Source: Paraspadella gotoi
Taxonomy: Eukaryota; Animalia; Chaetognatha
DNA: 64,000 nt
Assembly (NCBI GenBank): GCA_051294375.1
Contig: JBJCIZ010000868.1
Coordinates: 1-64,000 of the forward strand
Direction of reading: 5' to 3'
Shown: positions 47,863 to 60,025 of the stretch, one piece after another
How positions within the stretch are numbered: position 1 is the stretch's first letter
Layout of the letters: each line of letters opens with the position of its first letter
The notes under the pieces: generated by a model
Told to the model about the DNA's origin: nothing
Databases searched by the model: none
Seen by the model: only the letters and a program-made list of their open reading frames with translations
Position numbers and translations under genes: made by a program

Positions 47863-48095
47863 GCGTTCCTGAGTAAAAAAAAGATTAACGCCTTCAGCCC
47901 TGCCTTCCTTTCTTCCTTCTTCACTCCGTTCAAAAAGGCAACAAGGGTGGGTAGAGACGGCGACGATGTGATTCAGAATGAAATCAGAATGAATCAAGAC
48001 AGACGAAGAGAGAAAATGAAGAGAGAAATTTGTTACATTAAGTAACATTTTTTTCTATTTTTCTTCTTCATGATTAAATTGATATATTTTTTTTA

Positions 48096-49176
48096 ATGCC
48101 GAAAAAAAGAACGAAAAATATGAAAAGAAAGTCTTCAGGAATACAGGGTGGAAAGGTGGTTAATGTACAAGACAGCACATTGGGCGCCACCTCGGACGAT
48201 CTCGCCTTCCTTGACGAGCTCGTCCAGACCAGTGAAGGCTCCAACAACAACAACAATGACAACGGAAAAGTCGGGATCCTTNNNNNNNNNNNNNNNNNNN
48301 NNNNNNNNNNNNNNNNNNNNNNNNNNNNNNNNNNNNNNNNNNNNNNNNNNNNNNNNNNNNNNNNNNNNNNNNNNNNNNNNNNNNNNNNNNNNNNNNNNNN
48401 NNNNNNNNNNNNNNNNNNNNNNNNNNNNNNNNNNNNNNNNNNNNNNNNNNNNNNNNNNNNNNNNNNNNNNNNNNNNNNNNNNNNNNNNNNNNNNNNNNNN
48501 NNNNNNNNNNNNNNNNNNNNNNNNNNNNNNNNNNNNNNNNNNNNNNNNNNNNNNNNNNNNNNNNNNNNNNNNNNNNNNNNNNNNNNNNTTCCCAGTCCGA
48601 CAGTGAGCAGCGATGTTTCGACCGACCTCCCGATTACCAACGATGTTGCTGTTGTTGTCGCTATCGCGGGGGCATCCGATCACGGGGACGACAAAGAGGA
48701 AGCGGGAGGACGGTGAGGCAACGCCAAGAGCCCCGACCTATTGCTCCCAAGGGCGCAGCCACTGAGGGTGATTCCACCTACCTCTTACTCGTACCCGGTA
48801 AAAGAACAAACAAATGGACATACGCAACAAAACGAATTTATTAATAAAAAAAAATTAAACTTTTCTTTCCAGGGAATCTCAATCTTCATTGTCGGGGCCA
48901 CTATGGGAGCCATTCTGTCGTTGGCGACGGTGGCGTTTTGCAGATGCCAACCTTGACGACTTACGATCCCGGATCTTGAGTCGGGTCTGGACGACGACGA
49001 CGCCGAAGACGTTACCCATCCAAAGTCGGCGGAAGGCGGCGACGCGGAGATCGCGAACAACGACAGTGAAAATTGACGACAAAAAGAGAGGGGGCGACGG
49101 CGACGATGACGAAGACAACGGCGACGATGATTGTGCCCCCGAGCCTTTACCTCCCGGGTCTGACACATTCCCGTAA
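48096..49176 (+). pseudogene. Spliced antisense gene for a single-pass membrane protein
   Basis: S/T/P/N-rich region, a GTAAAA..TTTCCAG intron (~48797-48872), TM segment GISIFIVGATMGAILSLATVAFCRC, and an acidic tail LESGLDDDDAEDV. It has in-frame TGA codons and an internal gap. Confidence 0.55.
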
Positions 49177-49320
49177 TTCGTTAAATATTATTGTTTGTTT
49201 TATTCTAGTTATTTTTACTTTTACTATTTTTGAATTAGAATTATATTTTTTCGGACGAAACACTTTTTTCCCAGAGAACGAGTGTCTCAGCAGTGCAGGC
49301 GCTGCGGCGCAGCTGCCTTT

Positions 49321-52300
49321 TTAACGAATCTTAGCTGAGCCAGAGTCGAGATCAAAATCTGTTAGACTGGTTGGTAACTTTTTCTCTCGAGTTGAACGAC
49401 GAAGAGGCGGTTCCTCTTGTTTGTTATTTTCATCATCTCTTTCATCATCATTTCTGTCAGCATTCGAGACTGAGTCATTCTGTGTTTGGCTCTTTTTTCT
49501 TTCAACTACGGCTTTAAGATGATTTGCATGAATGATTCTCTCGTTCCCATTTTGTGAATTTCTAATTACATAGTTTACATCAGAAAGACATTTAACTACT
49601 TCGAATTCTGTCTCATGATATTTTGAGAGAAAACGACTTAGCTTCATCAGCCGAGATCGCGAATTTTTTGTAAAGTACGCGATCACCTGATTCAAACTTT
49701 GGCATTTGAGCACGGAGATCATAATACTTTTCTGGGTTGCGAGTGATTTACCCATTTTTTTCGGCGACAGCTTGGAAGAGGCGGGACTGTCGATCTTGCA
49801 GTCCACGGACAACAGCTGGAATGGATTGACGTGGCGTGTCGACCGGAAATGCCAGAGATGCTGGGGTAAACATCTCTGAACCAGTCAGCAACTTAAATGG
49901 GCTGAAGCCAGTGGAATTGTGAGGTGTGCAATTGATCGCATATTGCGCCTTTTTAAGGCGAGAGTCCCATTCAGCACCGTCAAGACGGTCGCCGTCCGCA
50001 TCCGGTTCCATCAACATGGATGTCAACAAACCGGAAGTGGACCTGAGATGGCGCTCACCAAGCCATCACCCATTGGATGATAAGCTGTCGTTTTGGACTT
50101 GTTAATATTTAACAAGGAGAAGTTGCGGCATCACTGTGGAAATTACTAGCACGGTCACTGGGAGAGTTTGTGGGCAACCATATGTGGGATCCAGCGGTCG
50201 TACAATGTGGTCAGTACTTCTTCTGTGGTCATGCCTTTGAGGGCCTCCAACACACAGAATCTCGTGAAATAATCTTGCATATATCGATTACCCTTTTGGT
50301 GACTGGCAACGGACCTTTTATGTCCATTGCCACACGCTCATTGAAGTAGGAGCAGAAATCTTGCTGCAGAGGAGCTTTGCTGTTGTGGAGCTTTCGTCTT
50401 TGGCAGATTTTACAAGATTTCACCCAATCTTCTACTGAAGCTGCAATCCCAAAGAAAAAGTATCTTTTCCTAAGGGATTCAATGGTTTTGTTGATTCCCA
50501 GTGGCCCATGTCATCATGATAGGCCTTTATCACATCTGGGATCAACTTTTCCGGAACTACAGCCAGGAAACTTTCAGTTCCATCAGTTTCTGTCCAAATT
50601 CTGTGACAACGTTGTCCTTTACTTTGAACTGATCAAAACTGGCGTAATAAGATCGAAGGGCGGGGCTTTCTTTTCGGATCCCTTTTCCTTCAGGACGTTG
50701 GCCGGCCTCTAACCAAGCACGGAGCTTGGTCAGATCCCCATCGTCCTCCTGCAACTGTTGCCACATCTTCCACCGATCCTCACTATCTGGAGCGTCCCCC
50801 AAGCTTGGGTCGGCGGCTTCAGAGCCGTTTTCCCGGGATTAGCTCTTGTCGCAACAGGAGCTACTACTACAGTCACAGGAGAGACTCCTTCGACTACTTC
50901 ACCCCATCGACCCTCAGGTGATGGGTCAGATCTTGAAAGATCAACTCGGCTGAGAAGATCAGGTCCAAGATTCTGCTTACCAGGCAAGTGCTTAATTTTG
51001 AAGTCACCAAACTCTGCCAACTTCCAAGGATTCGAATTACGAAACCTTGTGGTTGACGGGCTCGTAAGAGATATGTAAGGGCTTTACAGTCACTGTGGAT
51101 GACAAAGTCCTTCTTGGAAAGCAGATAGGCTTTGCAATTTTCCATAGCTAAATGCAAAGTTTTCAGCTCACCCATGAAAGCTGAGTCTGGAGACTTCTGC
51201 TTCTTGCCTTCTCGGACTGGTCCTTTATGGGATTGACTCCCATAGAGAATTGGCCTTAGTTTGCCAGACTCCTCATCTTGTTGCTCAAGATCCAACTAGA
51301 TGCTGTCTGAGACCAATCAGTCCCGAGATGAAATGTCTTGTCAAAATCAGGCAGCTTCAAAACCAAATCGGAGCACAGAACTTGCTTCAATTCATCAAAA
51401 GCAGTTTGGCAATCTTCTGTCCACTTGAAGGCAACATCCTTCTGGGACAGCCTATAAAGGGGCCTTGCAATCAACGAAAAGTTTGGGACAAACTTTCGAT
51501 AAAAATTAAAAAGGCCACAAAGGATTGGACTTCCTTTACTGTTGTAGGAGTTGGCCAATTCAACACTGCTTTTGTTTTATTAATTTCGGGCTTTATCCCT
51601 TCCGATTGACCACGTGACCAAGAAGTTGAATCTCATTTTTACACAGGGACATTTACTGGGCTTGGCCTTTAGCCCAGCCACTTCTAACCTTGTCAGTACT
51701 TCCTCTAGATGGATTAAGTGATCATCAAGTTATGATCAAAGACATTATATCGTCAAGGTAAGCGAGGCAAGTACTGAAGGTCAGACCATGCAGAGCCAGT
51801 GACATGAGCTCTGTGAAGGTACCTGGACTTCCTTGCAAACCAAAGGGCATCCGATTCCAGCAATATTGCAGGCCATTTGGCACCTGGAAAGCCGTAAGTG
51901 GACGACTTTCTGGTTCCATTGGCACTTCCAAGAATCCCCAATTAAGGTCAATCTTGGAGAACCATTGTGTCCCGAATGGCATCAAACACATCACTCATCC
52001 TTGGATGACCCTGGATGAGACAATGGTATTCAGATTCAACTTCCGGTAATCAATTGCAAATCTTGCATTTTGGTGGACGGTTCCATCCTCGTCCTTTTTG
52101 TCCACAAGCACAGGGTAAGTGCGATGAGGACTGGAAATCTGGAGATGATTCCAGCTTCCTTAGATTTTTTACGTGCTCTTCAGCAGCTTTTTGCTTGGCA
52201 AGGGGAAATTGCCTTGGTGGTTCCACCACAGCAGTAACCCCTTCCTTAAGTGTGATCTTATGTTCCACCAACGAGGTCTTACCAATGTCCCAAGTACCTC

Positions 52301-53145
52301 GAGAAATGGCGCGATACTTCCGCCTTAACAGAGCTGAAACCTTTTGTTTTTTCTCTTCATCCAGATGGGCAAGATTAACTAATCCCATCTGGATGACCAT
52401 CTGGAGATTCATCTCCTTCAACATCATGACTCATATCAATCACTTCGTCGGCGGCGGGTCCAGCGCTACGCAGGGTGAAGCAACTCCCATCGTACTGCGA
52501 CGATAAAGCTTCATTGGTGTCGCGAACCAGTTCTTGATCAGAACCGGGACGGACTTAGCGGGACGGACAGCATAGCGCGGGATTACCACTCCATACCGGC
52601 GGCAAGCATAACTACAATCTATCTCCAACAAATCTTCATCAGAAAAATCAGATTCAACATCAACATATTTATCATTTGCTCATGACCCGGAATGACAATA
52701 GTCTCTCTCAGTTTCAGATTACATTCAGATTTAGTAGTGACAGAAAATATTTTAGCCATTTCACCCATCCCCTTTTTTCCTTCATGATATCTTAACCATT
52801 TGTTATTGCATGACACGGTTTTGTTTTTAATATCTAAAGTCATTGAAAATAACTCCATTCCTTTTAACCCAGTATACAAATATCTCTTTCTTTAACCACA
52901 TGAAACAGTACATTTTTTACTAAACTGTTTACTTTACATTTCATTACAATAGACCCTAACATGCCTAGATCTCCTCCCCAACCCCAACAATCCTCACTGA
53001 CCCCCTTTCTAGTGGCTTACTAATTTTTAAAATGTCACGTAAAATATCCACAGAAATAAGATTTAAAGAGCCACTTCCAGTATCTAACATAGTTTCTAGG
53101 GTCCTCTCACCCAAAAGTGAGGGGATGAAAGGTCCAGGGATGCGC
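49321..53145 (-). pseudogene. pol: pol of Gypsy C (protease, RT, RNase H, integrase), frameshifted
   Basis: MLDTGSG, FSKIDL..RMPFGL..YLDDI, HLGTDWS, IHSDCKAL, CKICQRRK, VAMDIKGPL, IIHANHLK. Confidence 0.93.
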
Positions 53146-53149
53146 AGGT

Positions 53150-54680
53150 CTAGTTTGTGGATGACGCTGGCGTCGTCGGCGGCGTCACTTCCGGGGCGTC
53201 ATTTCCGGCGGCGTCAGCGTCTGCATCAGTGGGAACAGGCGAGTCGACGGCGACTGGATCCTCGAGCACCTCGGTGGCGTCCAAATCCACGGGTGGCGCC
53301 GCGGCGAGTGGGCGTGGAGCTCTCTCGGCGCACGCACTTCCGGTTTCGCCGGACGCGCCGATGGCGTCGCTACGAGTTTGGTCGACGTCGTCCGTCTCGT
53401 TCCCGGCGCCAGTGCTTTCATCTTTGCCCGGCGCGGTTTTTCCTTTCCCTTGGAATTGGCGAGGACGTTTTTCCGGGTGTAGCTGCCAACAATCGGCGCG
53501 GCGATGATTGGTGGTGCCACAGTGCCAACAACCAGACGATGAAGGAGCGGCGCCATTCCGATGGGCGCCGGTTGCGCCGGTGGCGTGTACGACGGCGCGC
53601 GGTTCCTCTGAGTAGCCCCTTGTTTCAAACGAGCGAGCTAGCGACACGGCGCGATCGATGGTTTCGGGGAAAAGATCACGTACCTTTTCCCCCAGCTCTC
53701 CGCAGAGATTGTTGACAAAGACGTCCCTCGTCCTTTCCTCGATTTGCTTGCCCGTGGCCGTGAGACCATAGGCGCGAACAGCAAGGGTCTGGAGACGCGC
53801 TGCGAAGTTGAGCAAGGACTCTCCTGGCTTTTTGACGGCAGAGTTGAGGTCATGACGAGCAGCGGTGTCCATTGATGTCTCAACCTTCCGACTAAGATGA
53901 TCCCTGATGTCCTCGTAGGTCGCCTCGGGATTTTGGATCATAAAAGTCGCGGCCAGGGACCTTGGAATGCCTTTCAGCAAAGCGAGATACTTTGCCGACC
54001 AGTACTCCTTACGGAGCCCGCATGCGCTGGCTTCAGCTTCGAATGCAAAGCTGAATGCCCTAATGGAGTCAGTTTCCGAATATGTCGGGAAGGTGGGTTT
54101 AAGCGGAGAATGATGACGGACGACGCGAGCAACAGCGCCTCCACTTCCGGCGGCGGCGGCTGGAGTCGACGTAACCGGCGTGGCCAGAACCGGCGACGAG
54201 GCATCGACGGGCGCGGCGGCGGCATGGGCCGCCACGGGAGCAGCTTCCGGCGCTGAAGAAGTGATGCCGGGGGCGTTAACCACGTCGACGCCGCGGGCGT
54301 CGATCTCGTCGTATCCCAACAGCGGAGTCACATACTCACTTGGTTGAGTAATGAGTGGAGACGGTGTCGGCGGCGTTACCGGCGTCAGCGCGTCGGCGGC
54401 GTCGCGGGTGTCGGTGGAGATGGCAGCGCTGGTGGCGCAGGAGGCGACGCCGCAGTGTCGCTCAAAGAGGCGGCGGTCGGCGTCCTAGACAATGCTGCTA
54501 CGGATGAGCAAGCAGCTGCATCCCCTGCGACATCTGCTGCATCATCGCCATCATCTGATGCAGTGCCGGCCCGAATTGGTTGGCTGAAGTCGATGCAGAT
54601 GGCGGCGGCAGCGGCGTCCGCGGCGTCGCCGTCGATTCCTCTCCCGGCAGAGTCGGCTCTCTCGTCGTTTCGTCGTTCAT
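53150..54680 (-). CDS. gag: Gag of Gypsy C (ORFs 54385-54680 and 53150-54331)
   Basis: KKPGESLLNFAARLQTLAVRAY; CCHC knuckle CWHCGTTNHRRADC. Confidence 0.9.
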
Positions 54681-54918
54681 TTTCTTTTTTATTTTTCGCT
54701 TTTTGTTTTTTACGTTTAAGAAAAATAAAAATTACTATTAAAATTAGTTGCATGAAAAATGCGAGCGCAGAAATAGACGATGACGTTGGATCAGTTAATT
54801 CGCCGAAACACGAGCCCAGAGAACCGAGAGTGACATTCGAGTTCGCCGTGATTACACCAGTCGATGAGAAGCGCAGTGAAAAATGGCACTAGACGATCCC
54901 AAAGCCGATGCCACCACT

Positions 54919-55318
54919 TGTAGAGGGGCCGAATATTCTAGCTTGCACTCCTATCTTTTAGTGACTTAGCAGCGTGTTTTAGTGATAATCACGGATTTTG
55001 GTGACAAGTTTATTTGAACGGAAATCACAAGAGCAGCAATTACAACCTTCTTCTTCTTCTTCTAGATCTATTCTACAATTTCTTTTATACTTTTAATTGA
55101 AACAGTCTACAAAGCCTATTGGCTGATAATTACAAGTTGCAATGTACATTGAATGCGCAGACGACGATTTTGGGGGTAGGGCCCATAATCGCCGTCTCCC
55201 ATAGGACGATAATTATTTAATTATTTTACACCAATCAGATACGTCTGCCTCTGGTGGCCAGCTCAGAAACTAGTATTTATAACTTTTCCCTTTACGAGTT
55301 TTACGATGACAATAATGG

Positions 55319-55349
<31 letters not shown>

Positions 55350-55368
55350 GGGGTGTTTTCCCTTTACA
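54919..55368 (-). repeat. 5' LTR of Gypsy C
   Basis: TGTA..TACA termini; PBS directly internal. Confidence 0.92.
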
Positions 55369-55842
55369 GAGATCCTGAGTATTATTATATAAAGCCTGTC
55401 CAAAGTCAGGGGCAAGATAGCTTATTTATTAAATGAATGGATAATTTTTATATTGGTTGTACCAATTTCATAAGAAAGAAAATAAAATCGCCAGACGAAT
55501 TCCTTAGAAATTCCATTGTCCAATAAGAAATTATTTTGAATTCTTTTTTGTAACCAAAGTTTCTCTCTCTATGAAAATGAATGCCACTTTGTACAATTAG
55601 CCAATTCGATTACATTCGCTTTTCTGATTTCCATAAATCGATTCATCTCATTTTGTTCGCCATTTTTAGCTCGACCACCTCCACTATTGTTTGCTCAAAC
55701 TTGTTTGCCAAAAATCCTGATTTTTTAAAACCGGAAGTGGCGCAACGAAAAAAATGGCTTTTAAGATCCATAATGAGCATCCAGGGAAATTTTTTTATTG
55801 TGGAATTCGTTTTTTTCACTTAATTTGGCACAAGAAACATTT

Positions 55843-56058
55843 CAGATTTTGGGAACTTTCTAAAATGTATGATATTTGTAACTTTTTTATTTAATTTACA
55901 CCTTGTGGAACTTTGCAGATTTTGGGAACATTCTAAAGTGTATGATATTTGTAACTTTTTTATTTAATTTACACCTTGTGGAACTTTGCAGATTTTGGGA
56001 ACTTTCTAAAATGTATGATATTTGTAACTTTTTTATTTAATTTACACCTTGTGGAACT
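55843..56058. repeat. 73-bp tandem repeat x3
   Basis: Units start at 55843, 55916 and 55989. Confidence 0.92.
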
Positions 56059-56628
56059 CTTAAAATACTTTAAAAGGAATTCTAAAAAATCAAATTTCTC
56101 GCATAAACCAAAACTGTATAGCATACAATATAAATCAGTTAGTACTTTATAATTTTATATATTTAAAACAATTGAAGCTGCAGTATACTGCAGCAAGTTG
56201 AAGTACCATATAATTACCGGGATAAGGTCCCAGACTTATAAAATACTTATTAGCATATACTAAGATTCATTTTGATATAATTTCAATCAATTTGGGCCTA
56301 AGACTTAGTAAGAGCATTATGATCCATGTAATACAGTATCTAAATTCATTTGTATATTGCAGGATAGGGCGAATTAAATATAGTGCTCAACTGTACTTGT
56401 AACCAAAATTATGTCACTCTCGAACCATTATTTAATACAAATGTAAAAACTTTAAAAAGAGAGCCTAAAGATGTCGCTGCGATCGCTAGAACGGAGGCAT
56501 TTTCTATGTCAGTAAAAAAGAACAAAAGAGCAACGGGGAAAAGGTATAAAGAAGCCGGATTTCATCATAATATAAAAGATAGTTATTTCGTAACAGCAAG
56601 TAAGAAACTACTGGTATCTAACACTTAC

Positions 56629-56856
56629 ATTATTTTTTTTCCAGGCAGATCTTCCTTGACCGCATTCTTGACATTCTTTACCATTAACAGCAACAGTTCC
56701 TTTTTCACATATGTGACAAAAATCTGATCCAACAATATTACTAATAGATCCTGTTGGGCATTTTCTACACATTATTGATCTCATTTTATTACTAAAGTAT
56801 GATTCTGGGCATTTTTCACAGTAATGCTGTTTGTTCTTGCTTTGATATTCTCCAGG
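56629..56856 (-). CDS. Host exon encoding GCC2/GCC3 Cys repeats
   Basis: 228-nt phase 0-0 exon, AG|PGEYQSKNKQHYCEKCPESYFS..CRKCPTGSIS..CHICEKG..CQECGQGRSAWKKNN|GTAAGT. Confidence 0.9.
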
Positions 56857-57005
56857 CTATTTGATTATGACCCATTTATTTTCATGATAAACTGATCTCA
56901 TGCATTGATTAATAATTATAAATTTAAAGAAGCATCCTTTAGTTTTTAAGGCTAAATTAAAAAAAATAGAATAAATTTGTCACCAATTTTCTTAAGAAGT
57001 TTTAA

Positions 57006-58990
57006 GGCCTGGGATCACTGGCCAAAAGTTATAATTATGATTAAATAAAGCTTGTATCGAAAAGTAGAGGTCCAGTTGATTCTGAAAATGTATTCACTTT
57101 ATCTTCTCTTCGAATCCATTGCTGTTTTTTTCGAATTTTATAATACTATATAAAATAAAAGAAACCTTTTGGAAGAGTTGCGGCCCAAACGGCTAAAGGG
57201 ATTTTTATGAAATTTTACATAAATTTACTTGAGGACAAAGGTCCCAATTCTATGAGAGGGATTTTCAAATTCACTTATCTTCATAAGAAAAAAAAAAGAA
57301 TAAGAAAATTGTGGCATTAAATTCTAAATATCTTGAAAACTAGTAACATTTTCCAAAATCCCTCTCATAGAATTTTCTCCCACCTTTCCATACTTATAAA
57401 AATAATTTTAGTTTATTTTTATTTCAAACGGTTTAGCTCCAACTCTTTTTGTTTATTTTTTTTTTCTTTTTTTTGTAGATTTTACAGAACTGAAAGTCGA
57501 GCAAAGAACTTTAAAATTGATACGCTTTTCCAAAATCTATTTTCATTTCTTAGGACTAAGCTCTGACGAACAAAGCCTGAGGTTTTTTTAATATATTCTT
57601 ATACCGCCAAGGTAGAATGATGGCAATATTGTTAATATTAAGTTTCAAAAAAATCCGACAATTAATATAGAAAATATTAACCAAAATCTTCGGAAAATTC
57701 ACCCCTTCTTTGGAAGATTTTCGCCATAGAAGATTTTTTCCCGAATCTGACTCCCGGTTAAAAACTCTTAGAATTCCGATCGTTAGCTCCTCTTTTATTT
57801 TTACTTTAAATAAAAATTTCACCAAAATGGACTAATTTACTTTTACTATGATGGTATCATATCAAAATAATCAAATAAAATGTAAAGAAAAATTTTGAGA
57901 GCCCTTCAGACACTTTGCCAAAGGATTCCAAAATTGGACGTCATTTGTTGAACAGGAACATTCCTCAGTCACGTTTATATCGTTTTCAAGGAAAAAATCC
58001 CTTTCATTTCTAATATAAAATCAGAGATGAAAAATGTTTCCGTCCAGAAGCAGTCTATTTGTTCTGGCTTGTTTGATATCAAGATGTTGAAGATTTGAAA
58101 GAGAAAAAAAATGCGAGCCCTTCAGATGCAACAGGATCAGAATCAAGTGTTTTACATTGATATTTTACCAGAATTTTTACCAGGAGCGTTTATATTGTTT
58201 GGTAGTCAGATTTGAACGAAAATCTCCATTGAAAAAGTCTTCCTCAATCTCTAAGAACGACGTAGACTCCTACATTTCTAGTTTAAATGATGGCTTTACC
58301 GATCTTTAAAGTTTTATCCAAATTTTGTACAATTTTTTTTAAATTAACAAATGGCTGTGGCTGGGGAAAGCAGTCAGTTAACAAGGAGGAATGCTGTTTA
58401 TTTATTTTTTTCTCAGTCTTGTTTTGAACCAGTTTTGAACCTGGGTAACAGAAACTAAAAGTCAAAAGCAGAGCATGAAGCTGGTCCGTCTGTGGAATCT
58501 GTGGCAGTCTATGGCACCATTGAGGGTTGTTATCAAAGTGGACCCAACTTAAGATGCCAGGGGACGAATGTCTTTGAATTTTACAATTTTACAATTTTTA
58601 ATTATTCTTTTTTGTAATAAAATGATAATAGACATCCTCATATAAGCGTTCTGCTCTCTCTCTATATAAACGTTTATGATTTCATCATTAATTGATTCTA
58701 TAACATAATTGGAATGACTTGGTTTTAGTTGTTAGTATTACACTGAGGTAGGTGCTGTTAATTGAAAACAAAATTAAAAATTTGCGTTTAAAAATGACTT
58801 TACCGTGTTGGATGAAATTTTTAAGGTTTACTGATAAAAAAAATTGCCCGATTTTTAGTTACCTCTTGAAGCTGAACCTTAATCAAATTTAGAGTTTTTT
58901 TTTTTTAAACGTGAAGGGAATACACTTTCTTTGACATAATAATAAATTGTACAAAGCTTTATGCAATTCTTGTTTGAATGATCCCAGGCC
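57006..58990. mobile_element. Kolobok-like non-autonomous DNA transposon
   Basis: TTAA on both sides (57002 and 58991) and a 12-bp TIR GGCCTGGGATCA starting with purines. Confidence 0.82.
57551..58272 (+). mobile_element. Second copy of the 7-bp-TSD element, nested in the Kolobok-like element
   Basis: TSD CATTTCT at 57544 and 58273; TAGGA..TCCTA termini. Confidence 0.88.
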
Positions 58991-60025
58991 TTAAGCCATC
59001 AGGGGTTGCCGAGTACTACTGACATCAGTGATCTTATCAGCTATCTAAAATCATCAAAGGTTTTTAAAAGATTTGAATCCTCAGTGGTGCCTCAAAACAA
59101 AATTTATTTTTTGACTATTATTGTAGCTCAGCTTATTTTATATAATAATACTTCTATACAGTAGCGCGTTTAAGGATAACAAAATACAAGATATTTAATT
59201 CCATTAATTATTATTTTAATGTAATAAGGTCTGAAGAATTCGATGATGATAACATTTTTTTATAGCATCAACGAATAAGGGACTCGCAGCTGCAGGAGAA
59301 TCCACCATCAGCAGCCGCAGCAGGAGACGGAGCCCACGAGGCCCACGCGGACCAAGACCCGAACAAAGGAGGCTCTCATAAACTCTATGACCCGAACAGG
59401 ACCAAGAGCCAATAAGGAGAAGAAGAGGATTATAGGAGACTAAGTTGTGGGCCAATGAGAACACGGCCCAGGGTCTTGGTGAAGTGAGAGAGAGAGAAAA
59501 GTAGATGGTAGGATTTTGCTGTGAATGATCTTCAGATTGTTTCTTGCGCTCACAAAGGAAAGAGCTATTGAAAATATTCGCCTGACTTTACCTCGTGTTT
59601 GAATATTAATAAAATCCCTTATCGTTGTCACTTGTAGCATCACTGCAGCACCGGGACAACTGTCGCCTAAAGTTGCTTTACGGGTTCTTTGGCTTTGCTG
59701 ACTCCACTGGCTCGCTAATCAATTCTTTCTCGTCTCACTTCTTCTTCTTTACTATCNNNNNNNNNNTTTTATGGTCTTAAACATCAAGATGCTAAGAGAG
59801 AGAGAGAGAGAGAGACAGAAATAGTAAAGGGAGAGATATTTTTAGAGAGAGTGGGAGACATCCGGGATGTACGTGAGCGACTGTGAATTTCGAAGATGAG
59901 GGAGAAGAAAGCGAGAAGACGAAGGAGAGGAAGAAGGCGAGACAGAGGCCTATTCCTTATAACTCGACCCCTCAAAGAAAAAGAAGATGTCCTCATCTTC
60001 CTAAGTCTCCCTGATCCCCACTTTT

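Larger units (their letters stand above)
42877..55368 (-). mobile_element. Gypsy LTR retrotransposon C (~12.5 kb) with ~6 kb extra between pol and the PPT
   Basis: 5' LTR 54919-55368, PBS TGGTGGCATCGGC (54916-54904), gag-pol 54680-49321, PPT at 43182-43170, truncated 3' LTR 42877-43169 with about 4 point differences from the 5' LTR. Confidence 0.82.

Noticed and set aside
48096-49176. Canonical env gene
   Set aside because: It is antisense to pol, and no furin site or fusion peptide was recognised.
57006-58990. piggyBac element
   Set aside because: The TTAA site fits, but the termini start GG rather than CC, which favours Kolobok.
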